From: Auanema rhodensis
Taxonomy: Eukaryota > Animalia > Nematoda
Length of the DNA stretch: 64,000 nt
Assembly: GCA_964057225.1 (NCBI GenBank)
Contig: OZ059899.1
Location: 17,360,001 to 17,424,000, forward strand
Direction of reading: 5' to 3'
In this document: in pieces, positions 30,001-44,600 of the stretch
Position numbering within the stretch: the first letter of the stretch is position 1
How the letters are laid out: each line of letters starts with the position of its first letter
Made by a program: the position numbers and the translations under genes
Notes under the pieces: generated by a model
Database searches by the model: none
The model's input: only the letters and a program-made list of their open reading frames with translations
What the model was told of the DNA's origin: nothing

Positions 30001-33000
30001 TTGTATCAAGCGTTTCTCAATGTAGTATAGTGCATTCAAATCGGATTTTTAAGCTGCGTCGATCTGTGTTATCAGATTTGCGCTAGCTTGAAAATGCACC
30101 GAGATATCAACTGAAATAAGTTAACACATATATCCTCGATTTTCACCCTGAAGAATTAATTTTTTTGTTGAATAACATTGTCCATCGTCTTCGCCTTGAA
30201 AAAAGGAATCTAAAAACATCTACTTTTCGTGAAATTATTTCGAAATTTTTAGGGAAAATTTTTTTCAAAATGTTTTTGGAAGCAATGTTGAGTGTACATG
30301 GAAACTCAACATACACTAATGCATCATTTTTCAAACGATCATGACTAATTTTTGTATTGAGCGTTTCTCAATGTAGTATAATGCACTCGATGCGGATTTT
30401 TAAGCTGCGTCGATCTGTGTTATCAGATTTGCACTAGCTTAAAAATGAACCGAGATATCAACTGATATAAGTTCACACTTATATCCTCGATTTTCACCCT
30501 GAAAAATTGATTTTTTCGTTGAATAACATTGTCCATCGTCTTCGCCTTGAAAAAAGGAATCTAAAAACATCTACTTTTTGTGAAATTATTTTGAAATTTT
30601 TAGGGAAAATTTTGGTCAAAATGTTTTTGGAAGCAATGTTGAGTGTACATGGAAACTCAACATACACTAATGCATCATTTTTCAAACGATCATAACTAAT
30701 TTTTGTATTAAGAGTTTCTCAATGTAGTATAGTGCATTCGATGCGGATTTTTAAGCTGCGTCGATCTGTGTTATCAGATTTGCGCTAGCTTAAAAATGCA
30801 CCGAGATATCAACTGATATAAGTTTACACTTATATCCTCGATTTTCACCCTGGAGAATTAATTTTTTCGTTGAATAACAATGTCCATCGTCTTCGCCTTA
30901 AAAAAAAAATCTAAAAACATCTACTTTTTGTGAAATTATTTTGAAATTTTTAGGGAAAATTTTGGTCAAAATGTTTTTGGAAGCAATGTTGAGTGTACAT
31001 GGAAACTCAACATACACTAATGCATCATTTTTCAAACGATCATGACTAATTTTTGTATTGAGCGTTTCTCAATGTAGTATAATGCACTCGATGCGGATTT
31101 TTAAGCTGCGTCGATCTGTGTTATCAGATTTGCACTAGCTTAAAAATGAACCGAGATATCAACTGATATAAGTTCACACTTATATCCTCGATTTTCACCC
31201 TGAAAAATTGATTTTTTCGTTGAATAACATTGTCCATCGTCTTCGCCTTGAAAAAAGGAATCTAAAAACATCTACTTTTTGTGAAATTATTTTGAAATTT
31301 TTAGGGAAAATTTTGGTCAAAATGTTTTTGGAAGCAATGTTGAGTGTACATGGAAACTCAACATACACTAATGCATCATTTTTCAAACGATCATAACTAA
31401 TTTTTGTATTAAGAGTTTCTCAATGTAGTATAGTGCATTCGATGCGGATTTTTAAGCTGCGTCGATCTGTGTTATCAGATTTGCGCTAGCTTAAAAATGC
31501 ACCGAGATATCAACTGATATAAGTTTACACTTATATCCTCGATTTTCACCCTGGAGAATTAATTTTTTCGTTGAATAACAATGTCCATCGTCTTCGCCTT
31601 AAAAAAAAAATCTAAAAACATCTACTTTTTGTGAAATTATTTTGAAATTTTTAGGGAAAATTTTGGTCAAAATGTTTTTGGAAGCAATGTTGAGTGTACA
31701 TGGAAACTCAACATACACTAATGCATCATTTTTCAAACGATCATAACTAATTTTTGTATTGAGCGTTTCTCAATGTAGTATAGTGCATTCGATGCGGATT
31801 TTTAAGCTGCGTCGATCTATGTTATCAGATTTGCGCTATCTTTAAAATGCACCGAGATATCAACTGTTATAAGTTCACACTTATATCCTCGATTTTCACC
31901 CTGAAGAATTAATTTTTTTGTTGAATAACATTGTCCATCGTCTTCGCCTTGAAAAAAGAAATCTAAAAACATCTACTTTTTGTGAAATTATTTTGAAATT
32001 TTTCGGGAAAATTTTTGTCAAAATGTTTTTGGAAGCAATGTTGAGTGTACATGGAAACTCAACATACACTAATGCATCATTTTTCAAACGATCATGACTA
32101 ATTTTTGTATTGAGCGTTTCTCAATGTAGTATAATGCACTCGATGCGGATTTTTAAGCTGCGTCGATCTGTGTTATCAGATTTGCACTAGCTTAAAAATG
32201 AACCGAGATATCAACTGATATAAGTTCACACTTATATCCTCGATTTTCACCCTGAAAAATTGATTTTTTCGTTGAATAACATTGTCCATCGTCTTCGCCT
32301 TGAAAAAAGGAATCTAAAAACATCTACTTTTTGTGAAATTATTTTGAAATTTTTAGGGAAAATTTTGGTCAAAATGTTTTTGGAAGCAATGTTGAGTGTA
32401 CATGGAAACTCAACATACACTAATGCATCATTTTTCAAACGATCATAACTAATTTTTGTATTAAGAGTTTCTCAATGTAGTATAGTGCATTCGATGCGGA
32501 TTTTTAAGCTGCGTCGATCTGTGTTATCAGATTTGCGCTAGCTTAAAAATGCACCGAGATATCAACTGATATAAGTTTACACTTATATCCTCGATTTTCA
32601 CCCTGGAGAATTAATTTTTTCGTTGAATAACAATGTCCATCGTCTTCGCCTTAAAAAAAAAATCTAAAAACATCTACTTTTTGTGAAATTATTTTGAAAT
32701 TTTTTGGGAAAATTTTGGTCAAAATGTTTTTGGAAGCAATGTTGAGTGTACATGGAAACTCAACATACACTAATGCATCATTTTTCAAACGATCATAACT
32801 AATTTTTGTATTGAGCGTTTCTCAATGTAGTATAGTGCATTCGATGCGGATTTTTAAGCTGCGTCGATCTATGTTATCAGATTTGCGCTATCTTTAAAAT
32901 GCACCGAGATATCAACTGTTATAAGTTCACACTTATATCCTCGATTTTCACCCTGAAGAATTAATTTTTTTGTTGAATAACATTGTCCATCGTCTTCGCC

Positions 33001-36000
33001 TTGAAAAAAGAAATCTAAAAACATCTACTTTTTGTGAAATTATTTTGAAATTTTTCGGGAAAATTTTTGTCAAAATGTTTTTGGAAGCAATGTTGAGTGT
33101 ACATGGAAACTCAACATACACTAATACATCATTTTCTAAACGATCATAACTAATTTTTGTATTGAGGGTTTCTCAATGTAATATAGTGCATTCGATGCGG
33201 ATTTTTAAGCTGCGTCGATCTGTGTTATCAGATTTGCGCTAGCTTAAAAATGCACCGAGATATCAACTGATATAAGTTCACACTTATAATCTCGATTTTC
33301 ACCCTGAAGAATTAATTTTTTCGTTGAATAACATTGTCCATCGTTTTTGCCTTGAAAAAAGGAATCTAAAAACATCTACTTTTTGTGAAATTATTTTGAA
33401 ATTTTTAGGCAAAATTTTTGTCAAAATGTTTTTGAAAGCAATGTTGAGTGTACATGGAAACTCAACATACACTAATGCATCATTTTTCAAACAATCATAA
33501 ATAATTTTTGTATTGAGCGTTTCTCAATGTAGTATAATGCACTCGATGCGGATTTTTAAGCTGCGTCGATCTGTGTTATCAGATTTGCACTAGCTTAAAA
33601 ATGCACCGAGATATCAACTGATATAAGTTCACACTTATATGCTCGATTTTCACCCTGAAGAATTAATTTTTTCGTTGAATAACATTATCCATCATCTTCG
33701 CCTTGAAAAAGGGAATCTAAAAACAACTACTTTTTGTGAAATTATTTCGAAATTTTTAGGTAAAATTTTTGTCAAAATGTTTTTGAAAGCAATGTTGAGT
33801 GTACATGGAAACTCAACATACACTAATGCATCATTTTTCAAACGATCATGACTAATTTTTGTATTGAGGGTTTCTCAATGTAATATAGTGCATTCGATGC
33901 GGATTTTTAAGCTGCGTCGATCTGTGTTATCAGATTTGCGCTAGCTTAAAAATGCACCGAGATATCAACTGATATAAGTTCACACTTATAATCTCGATTT
34001 TCACCCTGAAGAATTAATTTTTTCGTTGAATAACATTATCCATCATCTTCGCCTTGAAAAAGGGAATCTAAAAACAACTACTTTTTGTGAAATTATTTCG
34101 AAAATTTTAGGGAAAATTTTGGTCAAAATGTTTTTGGAAGCAATGTTGAGTGTACATGGAAACTCAACATACACTAATGCATCATTTTTCAAACGATCAT
34201 AACTAATTTTTGTATTGAGCGTTTCTCAATGTAGTATAGTGCATTCGATGCGGATTTTTAAGCTGCGTCGATCTATGTTATCAGATTTGCGCTATCTTTA
34301 AAATGCACCGAGATATCAACTGTTATAAGTTCACACTTATATCCTCGATTTTCACCCTGAAGAATTAATTTTTTTGTTGAATAACATTGTCCATCGTCTT
34401 CGCCTTGAAAAAAGAAATCTAAAAACATCTACTTTTTGTGAAATTATTTTGAAATTTTTCGGGAAAATTTTTGTCAAAATGTTTTTGGAAGCAATGTTGA
34501 GTGTACATGGAAACTCAACATACACTAATACATCATTTTCTAAACGATCATAACTAATTTTTGTATTGAGGGTTTCTCAATGTAATATAGTGCATTCGAT
34601 GCGGATTTTTAAGCTGCGTCGATCTGTGTTATCAGATTTGCGCTAGCTTAAAAATGCACCGAGATATCAACTGATATAAGTTCACACTTATAATCTCGAT
34701 TTTCACCCTGAAGAATTAATTTTTTCGTTGAATAACATTGTCCATCGTTTTTGCCTTGAAAAAAGAAATCTAAAAACATCTACTTTTTGTGAAATTATTT
34801 TGAAATTTTTAGGCAAAATTTTTGTCAAAATGTTTTTGAAAGCAATGTTGAGTGTACATGGAAACTCAACATACACTAATGCATCATTTTTCAAACAATC
34901 ATAAATAATTTTTGTATTGAGCGTTTCTCAATGTAGTATAATGCACTCGATGCGGATTTTTAAGCTGCGTCGATCTGTGTTATCAGATTTGCACTAGCTT
35001 AAAAATGCACCGAGATATCAACTGATATAAGTTCACACTTATATGCTCGATTTTCACCCTGAAGAATTAATTTTTTCGTTGAATAACATTATCCATCATC
35101 TTCGCCTTGAAAAAGGGAATCTAAAAACAACTACTTTTTGTGAAATTATTTCGAAATTTTTAGGTAAAATTTTTGTCAAAATGTTTTTGAAAGCAATGTT
35201 GAGTGTACATGGAAACTCAACATACACTAATGCATCATTTTTCAAACGATCATGACTAATTTTTGTATTGAGCGTTTCTCAATGTAGTATAATGCACTCG
35301 ATGCGGATTTTTAAGCTGCGTCGATCTGTGTTATCAGATTTGCACTAGCTTAAAAATGAACCGAGATATCAACTGATATAAGTTCACACTTATATCCTCG
35401 ATTTTCACCCTGAAGAATTAATTTTTTCGTTGAGTAACATTGTCCATCATCTTCGCCTTGAAAAAAGGAATCTAAAAACAACTACTTTTTGTGAAATTAT
35501 TTCGAAATTTTTAGGCAAAATTTTTGTCAAAATGTTTTTGAAAGCAATGTTGAGTGTACATGGAAACTCAACATACACTAATGCATCATTTTTCAAACGA
35601 TCATGACTAATTTTTGTATTGAGCGTTTCTCAATGTAGTATAATGCACTCGATGCGGAGTTTTAAGCTGCTTCGATCTGTGTTATCAGATTTGCGCTAGC
35701 TTAAAAATGCACCGAGATATCAACTGATATAAGTTCACACTTATATCCTCGATTTTCACCCTGAAGAATTAATTTTTTCGTTGAATAACATTGTCCATCA
35801 TCTTTGCCTTGAAAAAAAGAATCTAAAAACATCTACTTTTTGTAAAATTATTTTGAAATTTTTCGCGAAAATTTTTGTCAAAATGTTTTTGAAAGCAATG
35901 TTGAGTGTACATGGAAACTCAACATACACTAATGCATCATTTTTCAAACAATCATAAATAATTTTTGTATTTGGCGTTTCTTAATGTAGTATAGTGCATT

Positions 36001-38685
36001 CGATGCGGATTTTTAAGCTGCGTCGATCTGTGTTATCAGATTTGCGCTAGCTTAAAAATGCACCGAGATATCAACTGATATAAGTTCACACTTATAATCT
36101 CGATTTTCACCCTGAAGAATTAATTTTTTCGTTGAATAACATTGTCCATCGTTTTTGCCTTGAAAAAAGGAATCTAAAAACATCTACTTTTTGTGAAATT
36201 ATTTTGAAATTTTTAGGCAAAATTTTTGTCAAAATGTTTTTGAAAGCAATGTTGAGTGTACATGGAAACTCAACATACACTAATGCATCATTTTTCAAAC
36301 AATCATAAATAATTTTTGTATTGAGCGTTTCTCAATGTAGTATAATGCACTCGATGCGGATTTTTAAGCTGCGTCGATCTGTGTTATCAGATTTGCACTA
36401 GCTTAAAAATGCACCGAGATATCAACTGATATAAGTTCACACTTATATGCTCGATTTTCACCCTGAAGAATTAATTTTTTCGTTGAATAACATTATCCAT
36501 CATCTTCGCCTTGAAAAAGGGAATCTAAAAACAACTACTTTTTGTGAAATTATTTCGAAATTTTTAGGTAAAATTTTTGTCAAAATGTTTTTGAAAGCAA
36601 TGTTGAGTGTACATGGAAACTCAACATACACTAATGCATCATTTTTCAAACGATCATGACTAATTTTTGTATTGAGCGTTTCTCAATGTAGTATAATGCA
36701 CTCGATGCGGATTTTTAAGCTGCGTCGATCTGTGTTATCAGATTTGCACTAGCTTAAAAATGAACCGAGATATCAACTGATATAAGTTCACACTTATATC
36801 CTCGATTTTCACCCTGAAGAATTAATTTTTTCGTTGAGTAACATTGTCCATCATCTTCGCCTTGAAAAAAGGAATCTAAAAACAACTACTTTTTGTGAAA
36901 TTATTTCGAAATTTTTCGGAAAAATTTTGGTCAAAATGTTTTTGAAAGCAATGTTGAGTGTACATGGAAACTCAACATACACTAATGCATCATTTTTCAA
37001 ACGATCATGACTAATTTTTGTATTGAGCGTTTCTCAATGTAGTATAATGCACTCGATGCGGAGTTTTAAGCTGCTTCGATCTGTGTTATCAGATTTGCGC
37101 TAGCTTAAAAATGCACCGAGATATCAACTGATATAAGTTCACACTTATATCCTCGATTTTCACCCTGAAGAATTAATTTTTTCGTTGAATAACATTGTCC
37201 ATCATCTTCGCCTTGAAAAAAAGAATCTAAAAACATCTACTTTTTGTAAAATTATTTTGAAATTTTTCGGGAAAATTTTTGTCAAAATGTTTTTGAAAGC
37301 AATGTTGAGTGTACATGGAAACTCAACATACACTAATGCATCATTTTTCAAACGATCATGACTAATTTTTGTATTGAGCGTTTCTCAATGTAGTATAATG
37401 CACTCGATGCGGAGTTTTAAGCTGCTTCGATCTGTGTTATCAGATTTGCGCTAGCTTAAAAATGCACCGAGATATCAACTGATATAAGTTCACACTTATA
37501 TCCTCGATTTTCACCCTGAAGAATTAATTTTTTCGTTGAATAACAATGTCCATCATCTTCGCCTTGAAAAAAGGAACCTAAAAACATCTACTTTTTGTGA
37601 AATTATTTTGAAATTTTTAGGCAAAATTTTTGTCAAAATGTTTTTGAAAGCAATGTTGAGTGTACATGGAAACTCAACATACACTAATGCATCATTTTTC
37701 AAACGATCATAACTAATTTTTGTATTTGGCGTTTCTTAATGTAGTATAGTGCATTCGATGCGGATTTTTAAGCTGCGTCGATCTGTGTTATCAGATTTGC
37801 GCTAGCTTAAAAATGCACCGAGATATCAACTGATATAAGTTCACACTTATATCCTCGATTTTCACCCTGAAGAATTGATTTTTTTGTTGAATAACATTGT
37901 CCATCGTCTTCGCCTTGAAAAAAGGAATCTAAAAACATCTACTTTTTGTGAAATTATTTTGAAATTTTTAGGGAAAATTTTTGTCAAAATGTTTTTGGAA
38001 GCAATGTTGAGTGTACATGGAAACTCAACATACACTAATGCATCATTTTTCAAACGATCATAACTAATTTTCGTATTAAGCGTTTCTCAATGTAGTATAG
38101 TGCATTCGATGCGGATTTTTAAGCTGCGTCGATCTGTGTTATCAGATTTGCGCTAGCTTAAAAATGCACCGAGATATCAACTGATATAAGTTCACACTTA
38201 TATCCTCGATTTTCACCCTGAAGAATTGATTTTTTTGTTGAATAACATTGTCCTTCGTCTTCGGCTTGAAAAAAGGAATCTAAAAACATCTACTTTTTGT
38301 GAAATTATTCTGAAATTTTTAGGGAAAATTTTTGTCAAAATGTTTTTGGAAGCAATGTTGAGTGTACATGGAAACTCAACATACACTAATGCATCATTTT
38401 TCAAACGATCATAACTAATTTTTGTATTGAGCGTTTCTCAATGTAGTATAGTGCATTCGATGCGGATTTTTAAGCTGCGTCGATCTGTGTTATCAGATTT
38501 GCGCTAGCTTAAAAATGCACCGAGATATCAACTGATATAAGTTCACACTTATATCCTCGATTTTCACCCTGAAGAATTAATTTTTTCGTTGAATAACATT
38601 GTCCATCGTCTTCGCCTTGAAAAAAGGAATCTAAAAACATCTACTTTTTGTGAAATTATTTTGAAATTTTTAGGCAAAATTTTTT
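1..38685 (+). repeat. 351-bp tandem satellite array, ~110 monomers, truncated by window start
   Basis: The same unit (...tcaccctgaagaattaatttttttgttgaataacattgtcc...atgttgagtgtacatggaaactcaacat...gctgcgtcgatctg...) recurs at 351-bp period (ORF echoes at 341, 692, 1394, etc.). It ends at ...taggcaaaatttttt near 38685. Confidence 0.99.
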
Positions 38686-41600
38686 GCTCTAGCTTTAAGA
38701 TTTTTGCTACTACATGCCCTGTGTTTACTGCTCTAGCTGGTGTTCACTTTTTATGAGATTTTTCATCATCTTACAACAAATTCAATTGAATCTAACATGA
38801 AATATTTTTTCGTTTTGAAAAGCATTGAATATCATTGTACCTTGTAATATTGGATTTGATTATTGCTTTGTTAGCTTCATGATTTTTGCTACTGTATAGC
38901 TTCAGTTTGCTGCTCTAGCTGGTTTTCAATTTTTATGAGATTTTGCATCATCTTACAACAAATTCAATTAAATCTAACATGAAATGTTTTTTCGTTTTGA
39001 AAAGCATTGAATATCATTGTTCCTTGTAATATTGGATTTGAATATTGCTTCGTTAGTTTTATGATTTTTGCTACTACATGTCATGTGTTTACTGCTCTAG
39101 CTGGTGTTCACTTTTTATGAGATTTTTCATCATCTTACAACAAATTCAATTGAATCTAACATGAAATATTTTTTCGTTTTGAAAAGCATTGAATATCATT
39201 GTACCTTGTAATATTGGATTTGATTATTGCTTTGTTAGCTTCATGATTTTTGCTACTGTATAGCTTCAGTTTGCTGCTCTAGCTGGTTTTCAATTTTTAT
39301 GAGATTTTGCATCATCTTACAACAAATTCAATTAAATCTAACATGAAATGTTTTTTCGTTTTGAAAAGCATTGAATATCATTGTTCCTTATAATATTGGA
39401 TTTGAATATTGCTTCGATAGTTTTATGATTTTTGCTACTACATGTCATGTGTTTACTGCTCTAGCTGGTTTTCAATTTTTATGGGATATTTCATCATCTT
39501 ACAACAAATTCAATTGAATCTAACATGAAATATTTTTTCGTTTTGAAAAGCATTGAATATCATTGTTCCTTATAATATTGGATTTGAATATTGCTTCGAT
39601 AGTTTTATGATTTTTGCTACTACATGTCATGTGTTTACTGCTCTAGCTGGTTTTCAATTTTTATGAGATTTTTCATCATCTTACAACAAATTCAATTGAA
39701 TCTAACATGAGTTATTTTTTCGTTTTGAAAAGCATTGAATATCATTGTTCCTTGTAATATTGGATTTGATTATTGCTTTGTTAGCTTTATGATTTTTGCT
39801 ACTGTATAGCTTCAGTTTGCTGCTCTAGCTGGTTTTCAATTTTTATGAGATTTTGCATCATCTTACAACAAATTCAATTAAATCTAACATGAAATATTTT
39901 TTCGTTTTGAAAAGCATTGAATATCATTGTTCCTTATAATATTGGATTTGAATATTGCTTCGATAGTTTTATGATTTTTGCTACTACATGTCATGTGTTT
40001 ACTGCTCTAGCTGGTTTTCAATTTTTATGAGATTTTTCATCATCTTACAACAAATTCAATTGAATCTAACATGAGTTATTTTTTCGTTTTGAAAAGCATT
40101 GAATATCATTGTTCCTTGTAATATTGGATTTGATTATTGCTTTGTTAGCTTTATGATTTTTGCTACTGTGTAGCTTCAGTTTGCTGCTCTAGCTGGTTTT
40201 CAATTTTTATGAGATATTTCATCATCTTACAACAAATTCAATTGAATCTAACATGAAATATTTTTTCGTTTTGAAAAGCATTGAATATCATTGTTCCTTG
40301 TAATATTGGATTTGATTATTGCTTTGTTAGCTTTATGATTTTTGCTACTGTATAGCTTCAGTTTGCTGCTCTAGCTGGTTTTCAATTTTTATGAGATTTT
40401 GCATCATCTTACAACAAATTCAATTAAATCTAACATGAAATATTTTTTCGTTTTGAAAAGCATTGAATATCATTGTTCCTTGTAATATTGGATTTGAATA
40501 TTGCTTCGTTAGTTTTATGATTTTTGCTACTACATGTCATGTGTTTACTGCTCTAGCTGGATTTCAATTTTTATGAGATTTTTCATCATCTTACAACAAA
40601 TTCAATTGAATCTAACATGAGTTATTTTTTCGTTTTGAAAAGCATTGAATATCATTGTTCCTTGTAATATTGGATTTGATTATTGCTTTGTTAGCTTTAT
40701 GATTTTTGCTACTGTGTAGCTTCAGTTTGCTGCTCTAGCTGGTTTTCAATTTTTATGAGATATTTCATCATCTTACAACAAATTCAATTGAATCTAACAT
40801 GAAATATTTTTTCGTTTTGAAAAGCATTGAATATCATTGTTCCTTGTAATATTGGATTTGATTATTGCTTTGTTAGCTTCATGATTTTTGCTACTGTATA
40901 GCTTCAGTTTGCTGCTCTAGCTGGTTTTCAATTTTTATGAGATTTTGCATCATCTTACAACAAATTCAATTAAATCTAACATGAAATGTTTTTTCGTTTT
41001 GAAAAGCATTGAATATCATTGTTCCTTATAATATTGGATTTGAATATTGCTTCGATAGTTTTATGATTTTTGCTACTACATGTCATGTGTTTACTGCTCT
41101 AGCTGGTTTTCAATTTTTATGAGATTTTTCATCATCTTACAACAAATTCAATTGAATCTAACATGAGTTATTTTTTCGTTTTGAAAAGCATTGAATATCA
41201 TTGTTCCTTGTAATATTGGATTTGATTATTGCTTTGTTAGCTTTATGATTTTTGCTACTGTATAGCTTCAGTTTGCTGCTCTAGCTGGTTTTCAATTTTT
41301 ATGAGATTTTGCATCATCTTACAACAAATTCAATTAAATCTAACATGAAATATTTTTTCGTTTTGAAAAGCATTGAATATCATTGTTCCTTATAATATTG
41401 GATTTGAATATTGCTTCGTTAGTTTTATGATTTTTGCTACTACATGTCATGTGTTTACTGCTCTAGCTGGATTTCAATTTTTATGAGATTTTTCATCATC
41501 TTACAACAAATTCAATTGAATCTAACATGAGTTATTTTTTCGTTTTGAAAAGCATTGAATATCATTGTTCCTTGTAATATTGGATTTGATTATTGCTTTG

Positions 41601-44600
41601 TTAGCTTCATGATTTTTGCTACTGTATAGCTTCAGTTTGCTGCTCTAGCTGGTTTTCAATTTTTATGAGATTTTGCATCATCTTACAACAAATTCAATTA
41701 AATCTAACATGAAATGTTTTTTCGTTTTGAAAAGCATTGAATATCATTGTTCCTTATAATATTGGATTTAAATATTGCTTCGATAGTTTTATGATTTTTG
41801 CTACTACATGTCATGTGTTTACTGCTCTAGCTGGTTTTCAATTTTTATGAGATATTTCATCATCTTACAACAAATTCAATTGAATCTAACATGAAATATT
41901 TTTTCGTTTTGAAAAGCATTGAATATCATTGTTCCTTATAATATTGGATTTGAATATTGCTTCGATAGTTTTATGATTTTTGCTACTACATGTCATGTGT
42001 TTACTGCTCTAGCTGGTTTTCAATTTTTATGAGATTTTTCATCATCTTACAACAAATTCAATTGAATCTAACATGAGTTATTTTTTCGTTTTGAAAAGCA
42101 TTGAATATCATTGTTCCTTGTAATATTGGATTTGATTATTGCTTTGTTAGCTTTATGATTTTTGCTACTGTATAGCTTCAGTTTGCTGCTCTAGCTGGTT
42201 TTCAATTTTTATGAGATTTTGCATCATCTTACAACAAATTCAATTAAATCTAACATGAAATATTTTTTCGTTTTGAAAAGCATTGAATATCATTGTTCCT
42301 TATAATATTGGATTTGAATATTGCTTCGTTAGTTTTATGATTTTTGCTACTACATGTCATGTGTTTACTGCTCTAGCTGGATTTCAATTTTTATGAGATT
42401 TTTCATCATCTTACAACAAATTCAATTGAATCTAACATGAGTTATTTTTTCGTTTTGAAAAGCATTGAATATCATTGTTCCTTGTAATATTGGATTTGAT
42501 TATTGCTTTGTTAGCTTTATGATTTTTGCTACTGTGTAGCTTCAGTTTGCTGCTCTAGCTGGTTTTCAATTTTTATGAGATATTTCATCATCTTACAACA
42601 AATTCAATTGAATCTAACATGAAATATTTTTTCGTTTTGAAAAGCATTGAATATCATTGTTCCTTGTAATATTGGATTTGATTATTGCTTTGTTAGCTTC
42701 ATGATTTTTGCTACTGTATAGCTTCAGTTTGCTGCACTAGCTGGTTTTCAATTTTTATGAGATTTTTCATCATCTTACAAGAAATTCAATTGAATCTAAC
42801 ATGAATTTTTTTTTCGTTTTGAAAAGCATTGAATATCATTGTTCCTTGTAATATTGGATTTGAATATTGCTTCGTTAGTTTTATGATTTTTGCTACTATA
42901 TGTCATTTGTTTACTGCTCTAGCTGCTGTTCACTTTTTATGAGATTTTTCATCATCTTACAACAAATTCAATTGAATCTAACATGAGTTATTTTTTCGTT
43001 TTGAAAAGCATTGAATATCATTGTTCCTTGTAATATTGGATTTGATTATTGCTTTGTTAGCTTTATGATTTTTGCTACTGTATAGCTTCAGTTTGCTGCT
43101 CTAGCTGGTTTTCACTTTTTATGAGATTTTTCATCATCTTACAACAAATTCAATTGAATCTCATGTGAATTATTTTTTTTTTTAAAAAAGCATTGAATTT
43201 CATTGTTTCTTGTAATGATGGTTTTGAATATTGCTTCGTTAGTTTTATGATTTTTGCTACTGTATAGCTTCAGTTTGCTGCTCTAGCTGGTTTTCAATTT
43301 TTATGAGATTTTTCATCATCTTACAACAAATTCAATTGAATCTAACATGAAATATTTTTTCGTTTTGAAAAGCATTGAATATCATTGTTCCTTGTAATAT
43401 TAGATTTGAATATTGCTTTGTTAGCTTTAAGATGTTTGCTTATGCATAGCTTCAGTTTGCTGCTCTAGCTGGTTTTCAATTTTTATGAGATTTTTCATCA
43501 TCTTACAACAAATTCAATTGAATCTAACATGAAATATTTTTTCGTTTTGAAAAGCATTGAATATCATTGTTCCTTATAATATTGGATTTGAATATTGCTT
43601 CGTTAGTTTTATGATTTTTGCTACTGTATAGCTTCAGTTTGCTGCTCTAGCTGGTTTTCAATTTTTATGAGATTTTTCATCATCTTACAACAAATTCAAT
43701 TGAATCTAACATGAAATATTTTTTCGTTTTGAAAAGCATTGAATATCATTGTTTCTTGTAATATTGGATTTGAATATTGCTTTGTTTGCTTTAAGATTTC
43801 TGCTACTACATGCCCTGTGTTTACTGCTCTAGCTAGTTTTCAATTTTTATGAGATTTTTCATCATCTTACAACAAATTCATTTGAATCTCATGTGAATTA
43901 TTTTTTTTTTTAAAAAAGCATTGAATTTCATTGTTTCTTGTAATGATGGATTTGAATATTGCTTTGTTAGCTTTATGATTTTTGCTACTGTTTAGCTTCA
44001 GTTTGCTGCTCTAGCTGGTTTTCAATTTTTATGAGATTTTTCATCATCTTACAACAAATTCAATTGAATCTAACATGAATTATTTTTTCGTTTTGAAAAG
44101 CATTGAATATCATTGTTCCTTGTAATATTGGATTTGAATATTGCTTTGTTAGCTTTAAGATGTTTGCTTATGCATAGCTTCAGTTTGCTGCTCTAGCTGG
44201 TTTTCACTTTTTATTAGATTTTTCATAATCTCACAACAAATTCAATTGAATCTAAGATGAATTATTTTTTCTTTTTAAAAAGCATTGAATATCATTATTT
44301 CTTGTAATATTGGATTTGAATATTGCTTTGTTTGCTTTAAGATTTTTGCTACTACATGCCCTGTGTTTACTGCTCTAGCTAGTTTTCAATTTTTATGAGA
44401 TTTTTCATCATCTTACAACAAATTTATTTGAATCTCATGTGAATTATTTTTTTTTTTAAAAAAGCATTGAATTTCATTGTTTCTTGTAATGATGGATTTG
44501 AATATTGCTTTGTTAGCTTTATGATTTTTGCTACTGTTTAGCTTCAGTTTGCTGCTCTAGCTGGTTTTCAATTTTTATGAGATTTTTCATCATCTTACAA

